From: Chiloscyllium plagiosum
Taxonomy: Eukaryota
Assembly: GCF_004010195.1 (NCBI RefSeq)
Contig: NC_057718.1
Location: 76,057,843 to 76,121,842 of the forward strand
Reading direction: 5' to 3'
Length of the DNA: 64,000 nt
Within the stretch, counting starts at the first letter, position 1, and each line of letters opens with the position of its first letter. The position numbers were made by a program, and so were the translations under genes. Below, one piece after another: positions 40,799 to 53,067 of the stretch. The notes below the pieces were generated by a model that saw only the letters and a list, made by a program, of their open reading frames with translations, did no database searches and had not been told where the DNA came from.

Positions 40799-42924
40799 TT
40801 AGTTGAGTAAGAGGTGACTTGACTGAACCAAAGGTTCCTCAGGGAGTCTCGACAGGGTTGATGTGGAAGGAATGGTTCATCGATGGGAGAATCTAGAACA
40901 AGGCATAAGTTAATGAGTCACACCCATTTAAAACAGAGATTAGGCTTTTTTCCCCCTCCCAGAAGAGTAATGAGGCTTTGGAGCACACTTCCTGAAAAGT
41001 CAGTGGAAGCAGAATTCTTGCATATGTTAAGATAGGTGGATAGCTTCTTATTAAGCAATGGAGTGAAATGCTGGGTAAACAGGAATGTGGATTTGCAGTT
41101 ACAGTTAGATTTGCTACGTCATTATTAAATGATGGTGCTGGTTTAAGGCACCAAACAGCCTATCTCCTGTTTAACGTCTATAAGCAAGGAATTTTAAATC
41201 TGGTTATATTTCCAGCATTGGCTTATATATCTGATGGGAAATATCTGCCAATTCGTTAATTCAAATAAAATGAAAAAAAAAAATGGAAATAAAACTTCAA
41301 AAAGGGCCAATTTTCAGAAGATAAATACACAACACCAGCCCAAAGCCAAAAAAAGCCATCTTGCTCTGTGGGTTATTCAGTCCCCTTATATTTCAGTGAC
41401 CAGTATTTATTAATCAGCATTTTGTGGAATAATCCTCAGGTTACGTGCAATGTCTTTGCAGTTTCGGCAAAGACGTGGCCATTCAGCTAATCGTATTGTC
41501 AGCATGCAAAGCAAATAGAGAGATGAAATATTTCAAACGTACCACAATCTACAAGCGAATAAAACCAAGATTAACAGAGGTGCACTGCATTAAGTGATAA
41601 ATTGTAGACTGTCAGAATCTGACATTTGTGTGATGATAATATCCAGTTTAGTCAGAATCACTTCCATGGCAGTTTGTATTTTTTTTAAAAAATGACTTTG
41701 TACTCATTCAGCTAGGGTGGGGACTAAAATGGAGAATTCCGCAAGAAACATCTAAATACCAGCTTCAAGGTTCCCAGCATAGATGTGCAATATTCAAGAA
41801 GAGCAGTGATGAGGATTGCCATTGAAACTTCACTCAGTTTTATAATTGTTTAGGGTGAAACATAGGAATATACGGTTCCTCCTAACTCAACCACATCAGT
41901 TCACTGGCTCTGTATATGTATCAAGTGAAACACCAATTAATGTTTGCCAGTCATCTGCAATTAAACATAATCATATACAAGTACAATACACAATAAAGTT
42001 TAATCATATGTCTTAATCCACACACTGTTCCAAAACCAGCTAATCTTGTGGTATTGGTAAAATGACAAATTTAGTGGCAATTAGTGCTCTTCAGCCACAC
42101 CCACTAAAACATATTCCACACAGACCTCTAAAACCACATCTATATTGCTCTTTAAGTCAGGTTCCGGAAGCCCTCTGTTCAGAGAACTAGCTTCTGCATT
42201 TATGCTTTTAAATCTGCTTTCCAAGATACTAACAAGTCTGCCATCAGGCAGATTTAACAGCTAAAGCAACAGGAGATGGCTCCCAGATGCCAGATTCCCA
42301 TAACAAAAACAAAAACTTCTTTTAATAGAAAACAGGAAGAGCTTCTCTCAAAGCCTGCCTTTGAACCCAAGACACCAAAGTGAAAGACTACACTAATCCT
42401 GTTGAAGTGGCTTTATTGCCTGGTTTCCATTTTACAAAAAGGAGATAAAGTATAAGCAAAATATTAGTCATGATCTTGCACAAAAGCCTCATCCAATCAC
42501 CACAGGCTGTGTTTGGGACTCAGGAGCATTGTCCTTTGAATAATCAAACCTAGCATTTACAATCTATAAAAGAGGAAATGTTTCTTAAAGTAACTAATTT
42601 CCTGAAACAAATTCAAAAGATGCCCCTCTAATATGCTCCACTGAAAACTGACAGTGGCAAATTAACTGAAAATTACAATAAATCACTTTCACTATATTTC
42701 GCCGATCCAACATGTAGCACTAGGTAGTACAGGGGAACTGCAGCAATTCTACAATGTTATGATTGCAAACCATAATCACAAGTGTAATCTATTACAATCT
42801 TAATACAGAGTGTAATATCCATCCTAATTAAGTTTGAATGTTTCCAAAGTCAGTGGATGTTTTGTTTTAGAATTGCTATCCACTATGTGGAAATACTATA
42901 GCCAGTACTCCTTCCACAGTATGT

Positions 42925-43100
42925 GTTGAAAAGTGTGGCTCTGGAAAAGCACAGCAGGTCAGGCAGCACCCAAGGAGCAGGAGAATCACATTCCGATGTT
43001 TTAGGCATAAGCCCTTCATTGAATCTCCTGCCCTGCTGTGCCTTTCCAGCGCCACACTTTTCGACTTTGATCTCCAGCATCTGCAGTCCACACTTTCTCA
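42925..43100 (+). mobile_element. Short palindromic Penelope-derived element (older)
   Basis: Arms gaaaagtgtggctctggaaaagcacagcagg / ctgctgtgcctttccagcgccacacttttc and the family 3' end ctccagcatctgcagtccacactttct. Confidence 0.75.
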
Positions 43101-46094
43101 ACGACAGTGTTGTGTGTCTTATATCTCAAATCAGCTCTTTACAATAAATTTGCAACCACTGGCTATTTCGTGTGTGGAAACAAAATTTTGTCACTGCAAC
43201 CACAGTTAAATATAGAGAGAGGATAATTTTGGTGCTAGTACCCTCCCAAATTAAAGCAAAAATAAAAATTTTGGCCATGCATCCATGTTACACATGAAAT
43301 CAGTACGAAGGTCTGAGTGATGGACTCAGAACCACTACCTTCATTATTCTTGAATCACATCAGTAATTACAGAGTGAAGCTGCATTACAACAGAATCAGT
43401 GTTAAATACATTCATCTTTACTCTAGGTACAGTGTGAATAGCAGTATTTTAGCTGTGGTGCAATTGCTGGCATCCTTACGTCCATGTTTAAAAAATTGTA
43501 CACTCAAGTCCCATTTTACTAGTCAACAGAAAGCAGCTTAAAATGTCAATAAAACTGCAGTATATAGACCAGACTGACATTCATAGCACAGGAAATGCTA
43601 TCTTTCAGTTGAGACATTAAGCCTAACATGAACCTTCCCTTCCATACTAATGTAAACAAATCTATGCCAATAATCAAAAGAGCTGGAGAATTCTCCCCAG
43701 TGACATTGCACTTATCCCTTATGTAAAATAAGATTGTGTGTACAAATTGGATAGATTATAATGTTAATGCAAAAAAAAAGTGCAAGTCTTTCTTCTAAGT
43801 GTACCCTGAACTGTGCACCAATTAACTCAAAATAATTAATCCAACTGAGGAGAGATTTTTACTACTTGAAGAGGTAAAAATGCAAGTTTTAGCCATGTGT
43901 TGAGACTGATTTTCACCATCCTCAGGTCATCCAACCTGATGCGAACAAATGGAAGCAGAAAACTACATACAGAAAATAAGATATAATGTTATAGTGGTCT
44001 TTATTCATTAGTTTAGATGTAACTCAAATATAACTGTGTCAATGTTATGTTACAAAGTTCACAATACAACACAAGCTTTGAACAACGAAATGTCACTAGA
44101 GTGTTACAGTTAAAATTGGTAAGATCCAAAATTTACACTTCTTCCATTTCCTTCATCCTGATTGGTACTGCTCAGACTCAAAAACACTGCATACCAATTT
44201 TTAAAAGAGTATCTGTGAAACTTCACAAATCAATTTAAAATGCATTCTAATCACTTAATAGTAAGCAGGGAACCTTCTCTGTATGAATTATGGAAAACAA
44301 TGAACCATCAATCTCCACATCAGCAGCAACCAGACTGCAGCACCTATTAAGTAACATAATCAATTCTATTATTTTCCATACTATTAGAGCTTTTGTGCAG
44401 GCTGAACATATTCAAACAAACATTCGACTATTTTATTAACACAAATTGAATTGTACTTGTGACACCTTTCTACAATGCTAAACTTCCTAAACATTTTCTA
44501 ATCATGCACAAATGGCATTTACAGTCATTCCATGATGTCATTCTTTTCATTTTCCCACTCCAATCAAATTTATTAATAAATCATCCATTATTTTAATGCA
44601 TCAGTGCATGCCTCAATGATACTGTGGATAGCTTATAAAGAACCTTTGTGAGAGAGTCTTCCAGTTCAAACAAAGCATGCATAAATGAACAGTTGATGTT
44701 ATCATCTTTCAGCTTTACATCTTGGACAGTACATCTTTCTACAGATTCCAGCTTACATCTTAGTCTGTGTAAAGGTGTGCACCTGACACCTTACACCTGC
44801 TCAGAGACACGTTCACTAAATTAAAGAAAAATATTAAGGAATTTTAAAAAGTATTCATTGATTGTGCTGTATGTAGAATACAATTCAGTTGATTCAACTA
44901 GAGCCAATGAGCTACTTTCAGAGAATATGCACCTTAATTGAACAGAATGTCATAATTGTGTCCATATTCTAGACAATGTTTCAATATTTGCACAATTTAC
45001 ACAAAATAATATACTGCTCTGGAAAAGTAACAGCAACTTATCATACTACTGTATTTAATCTAAGTCAAACTAAAAACTGTTCACAACTAGAGATATGTGA
45101 AAGTTGATCAATTTGTTCCTGAGGCCAGGTTATTTAATGTGGATCTAAGATTACTGTAAAAAAGTGACAAATTATTTATTTACAAAGATGGACAAATCTA
45201 ATCACAACATTTGCTGCTTCAAACAAAGTGTATTTAAAAAACACTATCAAGAAAAGGATTCAGAACAAGTTAAATTTCCTCAGCCCAGAATACAAAACTC
45301 CACCTTTTATTGCAGCGGTGTGTGGTATCTGTTCTTCATAAACTTTCATCGATTAAGGGTAACCCAAAACTAAAACAAGCTAGATACTAGAACCAGGACC
45401 CTCACCACTGTAAACTATGAATGGTTGACAACGTTAGAATTAAACATTTGGAGAATCCCTCAAAGCGTGAATTAAAATAGCACTTCATCAGGAATTAGTA
45501 ATGGTCGGAAGACATTGCCCAATCGCGCAATTATCTGATCAACCACATGAGAGAAAAAAAACTAAAAAAAAGTTTGTTGAGTCACACTCCGGACAATACA
45601 AACTGATAGGCGATATGCATAAAGAGCAGCAATATCACTAGAAATATTGAACTTGATGAAACAATATTCTTCTCGTCGCTGTTTTGACAAAGAGGCGGCG
45701 TATTTATTGTAAATGGGAAGGGAGAAAAAACAACATTTTGGTCCATTAATGTACTTGCCATCCAATACATACGCAACCACTTGGAAAGCTTCCCAGGGAC
45801 TGTGGGAACAGATTTAAACAGGGACAGTTCAGGGGAATATGAAAACAACCAATTTAAAAGGCGAAACCATTCGAACTATCGCAACGTTAACGCCCAATCG
45901 AAATCGAGGGCGATTTAAAGAATGAAGACGTTCAGGAATAGAGGCAGCTGCTAGTCATTCAACACAACCAGGAAACAACCAGACAGGATTCCCACCCTAC
46001 TACCATTTTCCGGGGAATTCTAGTTTCCTGCACGAACCAGGATACAGTCTGAAAGGGCTGCGGGAAAAGGTCACAACAAAACAACTCAGCTCTA

Positions 46095-46363
46095 CAGCTC
46101 TCTCTGGGACTCAGGAGGAACCCGAATCCACAAGCAGCTTGGATTCGACATAACTCGCTCCTTCCTTCAGGTTATAGTCCATCAGGTTTAATTGGAAGCA
46201 CATTAGCTTTCGGAGCGAGTCTCCTTCATCAGGTGATTGTCGCTCCGAAAGCTAATGTGCTTCCAATTAAACCTGATGGACTATAACCTGAAGGAAGGAG
46301 CGAGTTATGTCGAATCCAAGCTGCTTGTGGATTCGGGTTCCTCCTGAGTCCCAGAGAGAGCTG
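46095..46363. repeat. Perfect inverted repeat, 124-bp arms, 21-nt spacer
   Basis: 46095-46218 is the exact reverse complement of 46240-46363 (checked base by base). Confidence 0.97.
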
Positions 46364-46424
46364 GTGCTGTGTGATTTTTAACTGTGTACACCCCAGTCCA
46401 ACACTGGCATCTCCAAATCATGAC
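46171..46424 (+). mobile_element. Penelope-type inverted terminal-repeat insert (second family)
   Basis: Hammerhead-bearing palindromic core and 3' end gtgtgatttttaactgtgtacaccccagtccaacactggcatctccaaatc; imperfect 13-bp TSD ctcctt(c/t)cttcag at 46158-46170 and 46425-46437. Confidence 0.7.
46204..46232 (-). ncRNA. Minimal hammerhead ribozyme core (Penelope-associated type)
   Basis: Minus strand reads CUGAUGA-A-GGAG-ACUCG-CUCC-GAAA-GCUA: both conserved boxes, a 4-bp stem II, palindromic AGCU helix III and a UA cleavage site; helix I is weak. Confidence 0.6.
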
Positions 46425-46897
46425 CTCCTTTCTTCAGCAGCGAGAATGGGCCAGGAACACCCAGATAAAGAACTTTCCATCCGCCCGCCTTCAGTCAGGG
46501 AAAGGACTCTCTCCAAATCCCCTTTCTCCACAACCCCCCGCCCGGACAAGGGAAGGTCTCCTCTCCTAAACCAATTGCAGCTGAGCGGTGGATCCGGTCG
46601 TGGCGACCTTACCCAACACACCAGGCCCGGGGCACCGCAGCCCTTCACCCCCACCTCTACCCTTCACCCACTCCTGAAAACTTACCCACAGGCAATGCAC
46701 AGTTTCCCCACTCGCTGTCAAAGTACCCGGCCCTCTTACTCACTCATTACACCCCAGTCACCAATTTGACTCTTACCATTAACCGGTGCCGGAGCAACGA
46801 GTCTGTTGGACCCGGAACTCCTCCTGCTGCTCCCGGTATGAATGCCGGTGCTCCTCCCACTCTTCTCACTGCCTTTCAAGATCCTGCTTCCAGTCCT

Positions 46898-49800
46898 ATG
46901 CTCCTCCCCCCTGCTCCCGGTGTGGATCCCGTGCTCCTCCCCCCTGCTCCCGGTGTGGATCCCGTGCTCCTCCCCCCTGCTCCCGGTGTGGATCCCGTGC
47001 TCCTCCCCCCTGCTCCCGGTGTGGATCCCGTGCTCCTCCCCCCTGCTCCCGGTGTGGATCCCGTGCTCCTCCCCCCTGCTCCCGGTGTGGATCCCGTGCT
47101 CCTCCCCCCTGCTCCCGGTGTGGATCCCGTGCTCCTCCCCCCTGCTCCCGGTGTGGATCCCGTGCTCCTCCCCCCCCTGCTCCCGGTGTGGATCCCGTGC
47201 TCCTCCCCCCCCTGCTCCCGGTGTGGATCCCGTGCTCCTCCCCCCCCTGCTCCCGGTGTGGATCCCGTGCTCCTCCCCCCCCTGCTCCCGGTGTGGATCC
47301 CGTGCTCCTCCCCCCCCTGCTCCCGGTGTGGATCCCGTGCTCCTCCCCCCCCTGCTCCCGGTGTGGATCCCGTGCTCCTCCCCCCCCTGCTCCCGGTGTG
47401 GATCCCGTGCTCCTCCCCCCCCTGCTCCCGGTGTGGATCCCGTGCTCCTCCCCCCTGCTCCCGGTGTGGATCCCGTGCTCCTCCCCCCTGCTCCCGGTGT
47501 GGATCCCGTGCTCCTCCCCCCTGCTCCCGGTGTGGATCCCGTGCTCCTCCCCCCTGCTCCCGGTGTGGATCCCGTGCTCCTCCCCCCTGCTCCCGGTGTG
47601 GATCCCGTGCTCCTCCCCCCTGCTCCCGGTGTGGATCCCGTGCTCCTCCCCCCTGCTCCCGGTGTGGATCCCGTGCTCCTCCCCCCTGCTCCCGGTGTGG
47701 ATCCCGTGCTCCTCCCCCCTGCTCCCGGTGTGGATCCCGTGCTCCTCCCCCCTGCTCCCGGTGTGGATCCCGTGCTCCTCCCCCCTGCTCCCGGTGTGGA
47801 TCCCGTGCTCCTCCCCCCTGCTCCCGGTGTGGATCCCGTGCTCCTCCCCCCTGCTCCCGGTGTGGATCCCGTGCTCCTCCCCCCTGCTCCCGGTGTGGAT
47901 CCCGTGCTCCTCCCCCCTGCTCCCGGTGTGGATCCCGTGCTCCTCCCCCCTGCTCCCGGTGTGGATCCCGTGCTCCTCCCCCCTGCTCCCGGTGTGGATC
48001 CCGTGCTCCTCCCCCCTGCTCCCGGTGTGGATCCCGTGCTCCTCCCCCCTGCTCCCGGTGTGGATCCCGTGCTCCTCCCCCCTGCTCCCGGTGTGGATCC
48101 CGTGCTCCTCCCCCCTGCTCCCGGTGTGGATCCCGTGCTCCTCCCCCCTGCTCCCGGTGTGGATCCCGTGCTCCTCCCCCCTGCTCCCGGTGTGGATCCC
48201 GTGCTCCTCCCCCCTGCTCCCGGTGTGGATCCCGTGCTCCTCCCCCCTGCTCCCGGTGTGGATCCCGTGCTCCTCCCCCCTGCTCCCGGTGTGGATCCCG
48301 TGCTCCTCCCCCCTGCTCCCGGTGTGGATCCCGTGCTCCTCCCCCCTGCTCCCGGTGTGGATCCCGTGCTCCTCCCCCCTGCTCCCGGTGTGGATCCCGT
48401 GCTCCTCCCCCCTGCTCCCGGTGTGGATCCCGTGCTCCTCCCCCCTGCTCCCGGTGTGGATCCCGTGCTCCTCCCCCCTGCTCCCGGTGTGGATCCCGTG
48501 CTCCTCCCCCCTGCTCCCGGTGTGGATCCCGTGCTCCTCCCCCCTGCTCCCGGTGTGGATCCCGTGCTCCTCCCCCCTGCTCCCGGTGTGGATCCCGTGC
48601 TCCTCCCCCCTGCTCCCGGTGTGGATCCCGTGCTCCTCCCCCCTGCTCCCGGTGTGGATCCCGTGCTCCTCCCCCCTGCTCCCGGTGTGGATCCCGTGCT
48701 CCTCCCCCCTGCTCCCGGTGTGGATCCCGTGCTCCTCCCCCCTGCTCCCGGTGTGGATCCCGTGCTCCTCCCCCCTGCTCCCGGTGTGGATCCCGTGCTC
48801 CTCCCCCCTGCTCCCGGTGTGGATCCCGTGCTCCTCCCCCCTGCTCCCGGTGTGGATCCCGTGCTCCTCCCCCCTGCTCCCGGTGTGGATCCCGTGCTCC
48901 TCCCCCCTGCTCCCGGTGTGGATCCCGTGCTCCTCCCCCCTGCTCCCGGTGTGGATCCCGTGCTCCTCCCCCCTGCTCCCGGTGTGGATCCCGTGCTCCT
49001 CCCCCCTGCTCCCGGTGTGGATCCCGTGCTCCTCCCCCCTGCTCCCGGTGTGGATCCCGTGCTCCTCCCCCCTGCTCCCGGTGTGGATCCCGTGCTCCTC
49101 CCCCCTGCTCCCGGTGTGGATCCCGTGCTCCTCCCCCCTGCTCCCGGTGTGGATCCCGTGCTCCTCCCCCCTGCTCCCGGTGTGGATCCCGTGCTCCTCC
49201 CCCCTGCTCCCGGTGTGGATCCCGTGCTCCTCCCCCCTGCTCCCGGTGTGGATCCCGTGCTCCTCCCCCCTGCTCCCGGTGTGGATCCCGTGCTCCTCCC
49301 CCCTGCTCCCGGTGTGGATCCCGTGCTCCTCCCCCCTGCTCCCGGTGTGGATCCCGTGCTCCTCCCCCCTGCTCCCGGTGTGGATCCCGTGCTCCTCCCC
49401 CCTGCTCCCGGTGTGGATCCCGTGCTCCTCCCCCCTGCTCCCGGTGTGGATCCCGTGCTCCTCCCCCCTGCTCCCGGTGTGGATCCCGTGCTCCTCCCCC
49501 CTGCTCCCGGTGTGGATCCCGTGCTCCTCCCCCCTGCTCCCGGTGTGGATCCCGTGCTCCTCCCCCCTGCTCCCGGTGTGGATCCCGTGCTCCTCCCCCC
49601 TGCTCCCGGTGTGGATCCCGTGCTCCTCCCCCCTGCTCCCGGTGTGGATCCCGTGCTCCTCCCCCCTGCTCCCGGTGTGGATCCCGTGCTCCTCCCCCCT
49701 GCTCCCGGTGTGGATCCCGTGCTCCTCCCCCCTGCTCCCGGTGTGGATCCCGTGCTCCTCCCCCCTGCTCCCGGTGTGGATCCCGTGCTCCTCCCCCCTG

Positions 49801-50840
49801 CTCCCGGTGTGGATCCCGTGCTCCTCCCCCCTGCTCCCGGTGTGGATCCCGTGCTCCTCCCCCCTGCTCCCGGTGTGGATCCCGTGCTCCTCCCCCCTGC
49901 TCCCGGTGTGGATCCCGTGCTCCTCCCCCCTGCTCCCGGTGTGGATCCCGTGCTCCTCCCCCCTGCTCCCGGTGTGGATCCCGTGCTCCTCCCCCCTGCT
50001 CCCGGTGTGGATCCCGTGCTCCTCCCCCCTGCTCCCGGTGTGGATCCCGTGCTCCTCCCCCCTGCTCCCGGTGTGGATCCCGTGCTCCTCCCCCCTGCTC
50101 CCGGTGTGGATCCCGTGCTCCTCCCCCCTGCTCCCGGTGTGGATCCCGTGCTCCTCCCCCCTGCTCCCGGTGTGGATCCCGTGCTCCTCCCCCCTGCTCC
50201 CGGTGTGGATCCCGTGCTCCTCCCCCCTGCTCCCGGTGTGGATCCCGTGCTCCTCCCCCCTGCTCCCGGTGTGGATCCCGTGCTCCTCCCCCCTGCTCCC
50301 GGTGTGGATCCCGTGCTCCTCCCCCCTGCTCCCGGTGTGGATCCCGTGCTCCTCCCCCCTGCTCCCGGTGTGGATCCCGTGCTCCTCCCCCCTGCTCCCG
50401 GTGTGGATCCCGTGCTCCTCCCCCCTGCTCCCGGTGTGGATCCCGTGCTCCTCCCCCCTGCTCCCGGTGTGGATCCCGTGCTCCTCCCCCCTGCTCCCGG
50501 TGTGGATCCCGTGCTCCTCCCCCCTGCTCCCGGTGTGGATCCCGTGCTCCTCCCCCCTGCTCCCGGTGTGGATCCCGTGCTCCTCCCCCCTGCTCCCGGT
50601 GTGGATCCCGTGCTCCTCCCCCCTGCTCCCGGTGTGGATCCCGTGCTCCTCCCCCCTGCTCCCGGTGTGGATCCCGTGCTCCTCCCCCCTGCTCCCGGTG
50701 TGGATCCCGTGCTCCTCCCCCCTGCTCCCGGTGTGGATCCCGTGCTCCTCCCCCCTGCTCCCGGTGTGGATCCCGTGCTCCTCCCCCCTGCTCCCGGTGT
50801 GGATCCCGTGCTCCTCCCCCCTGCTCCCGGTGTGGATCCC
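46898..50840. repeat. 33-bp minisatellite, 119 units (8x33 + 8x35 + 103x33)
   Basis: Unit gtgctcctcccccctgctcccggtgtggatccc; the eight units at 47162-47441 have C8 instead of C6; one BamHI site per unit. Confidence 0.97.
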
Positions 50841-51039
50841 GACTCAGCGAGTTGTAAGTTCATGGAATGTCCTGCCAGTAGCAGTGGTGGACTCTCCCTC
50901 TTTATGGGCATTTAAACGGGCATTGGATAGGCATATGGAGGATAGTGGGCTAGTGTAGGTTAGGTGGGCTTGGATCGGCGCAACATCGAGGGCCAAAGGG
51001 CCTGTACTGTGCTGTATTTTTCTATGTTCTATGTTCTAT
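50841..51039 (+). mobile_element. Young-looking CR1 LINE 3' end
   Basis: TQRVVSSWNVLP..VVDSPSL.AFKRALDRHM and a (ttctatg)n tail. Confidence 0.9.
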
Positions 51040-52190
51040 CTTATTCTTTTAAACTCCAATGAGTACGAAGTTCAACGTACTCAACTTATCATAAAAAAAG
51101 TCCCTCCAGAATTAACCTAGTGAACCTTCTCTGGACCATCTCCAATTCTAAGTGAAAGTGAGGACTGCAGATGTGGAGATTAGAGTCCAAGAGTGTGGTG
51201 CTGGAAAAGCACAGCAGGTCAGGCATCATCTGAGGAGCAGGAGAATCGATGTTTCAGGCAAAAGCCCCTCATCAGGAATGAAAAATCCCTTCATCTATTC
51301 CTGAGGAAGTGCTTTTGACCAAAATGTTGATTCTCCTGCTCCTCAGATGCTGTCTGACCTGCTGTGCTTTACCTGCACCACACTATCATCTCCAATTCTA
51401 GTATATATTTCTTTCAATAAGAGGACCAAAACTATTCACAAATTTGCAGATGTGGCCTGACATGTGTCTTGTATAGTTTAAGAAAGAGTTGTCAATTTTT
51501 AGAATAAAGTAAAGAACTGCAGATGCTGGAAATCTGAAACAAAACCAAAAAGTGCTAGAGAACTTTGACAAAGAGTCAGTGGATTCAACATTAACTCGCT
51601 CTACAGATGCTGCCAGACCTGTTGAGTTTCTTCAGAACTTCATGTTTTTGCTCCCTATTTTTATATGCCATTCCCGTCAAAATGAAGCCAACAGTTAATT
51701 TGTGTTCCCTATTACCAACGAAATATGTAAGCTAGCTTTCTTTGATTCATGCACAAGGACTACAAACCCCTCTGATCTGCAGCATTATACAGTTTTCCCT
51801 ATTAAATAATATTCAGCTCTGTTATTTCTTCTGCAAAAATTGATAATCTCATATTTTCCCACATTGCATTACATTTTCCAAATTTTGGCTCACTCACTTA
51901 AACTGTAAACTCATCCTCACCAGCTTGTTCTTCTCACTTATTTTATGTCAGCTGCAAATAGTACACTCACATCCTTCATCCAAGTCATAAACATGTTTTG
52001 TAAATAACTGTGGCCCTAGCACTAATCCCTTTGGCACTCCATTAGTCATAGATTGCCATCCTGAAAATGTCCCCTTTATCCCAACTCTCTGTCTTCTATT
52101 AGTTAACCAGTTCACTGTTAGTACTAACACACTACTCCCAACACAATGTTATCTTATTAAGTAGCCTTATGTGTGGTACCTTATTGAATG
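51040..52190 (-). mobile_element. Old CR1 LINE RT fragment with nested inserts
   Basis: ORF 51948-52130 NWLTNRRQRVGIKG.FSGWQSMTNGVPKGLVLGPQLF. Confidence 0.82.
51151..51386 (-). mobile_element. Short palindromic Penelope-derived element
   Basis: Hammerhead-like motifs on both strands (rc ctgatgaggggcttttgcctgaaacatc at 51248-51275); 14-bp TSD catctccaattcta at 51137-51150 and 51387-51400. Confidence 0.85.
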
Positions 52191-52612
52191 ATAATCTGTT
52201 TCATTCATGTTCATTGAATGATAAAAAATTTCCAAGGATTCCAGAGGAGCTCCCTTGTGGTTCTTCAAAATGGTAGCTTGGGATTTTTACCCATGAAGGC
52301 AGATGGGACCTCGGTTTAATAGCACAGCAGCTAGACTGCACAGCACTCCTTCAACACTGCATTTGCATATTGGACAATATTTTACATTTAATTCCCCGGA
52401 ATGGAACTTAAACCTGAACCTTCTGATTCAGAAACAATGGAAAGCTACATAAAGCTACAAAATAACACCATGTATTGTGTAACATAGTCACTGGTATAAC
52501 AATACTATGGTTTTAAGAGGTATATTTTGTCCAGTTTTTTTGGGAGAGAGGTTTTAAGACAGAGGTATCGAGCTGTCCATTTGAATCCAATAATTTAAAC
52601 ATCTTGTGAGAC

Positions 52613-52914
52613 TAGATTAGATTAGATTACATTACAGTGTGGAAACAGGCCCTTCGGCCCAACAAGTCCACACTGACCCACCGAAGCATAACCCACCCAT
52701 ACCCCTACATTTACCCCTTACCTAACACTACGGACAATTTAGCACGGCCAATTCACCTGACCTGTGGGAGGAAACTAGAGCACCCGGAGGAAACCCACGC
52801 AGACACGGGGAGAATGTTCAAACTCCACACAGTCAGTCGCCTGAGTCGGGAATTGAACCCGGGTCTCTGGCACTGTGAGGTAGCAGTGCTACCCACTGTG
52901 CCACCGTGCCGCCC
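52613..52914 (-). mobile_element. HE1-type V-SINE
   Basis: Near full-length reverse-complement copy with (attag)n tail. Confidence 0.92.
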
Positions 52915-53067
52915 GCAAACCTAAACTTTTTTTTAATATTGGAAAAATAGAAGTAGACTGAATAAAAACATAAAGAAATAGGAGCAGGTGTAGGCCATCT
53001 GGCCCTTCAAGCCTGCTCCCCTCATTCAATAAGATCATGGCTGATCATGTTATGGCCTCAGCTCCAC

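Larger units (their letters stand above)
45450..46900 (-). promoter_or_regulatory. CpG-rich, promoter/first-exon-like region of a putative minus-strand transcript
   Basis: CpG density clearly above the CpG-depleted background; GC-box-like ccgccc at about 46480; four minus-strand donor-like sites (G|GTAAGG ~46612, G|GTAAGT 46685, GTGAGT ~46743, ATG|GTAAGA 46776). Confidence 0.5.

Noticed and set aside
45562..45848. Short minus-strand ORFs in the CpG-rich region
   Set aside because: No similarity I recognise; length compatible with chance
46898..50840. CRISPR array
   Set aside because: Head-to-tail repeats with no spacers, no cas genes, vertebrate context
46736..50958. Four ORFs of 1357-1391 aa as protein-coding genes (mucin-like or CxxC repeats)
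   Set aside because: They are alternative frames of one 33-bp tandem array, with no unique domain and no codon-level variation
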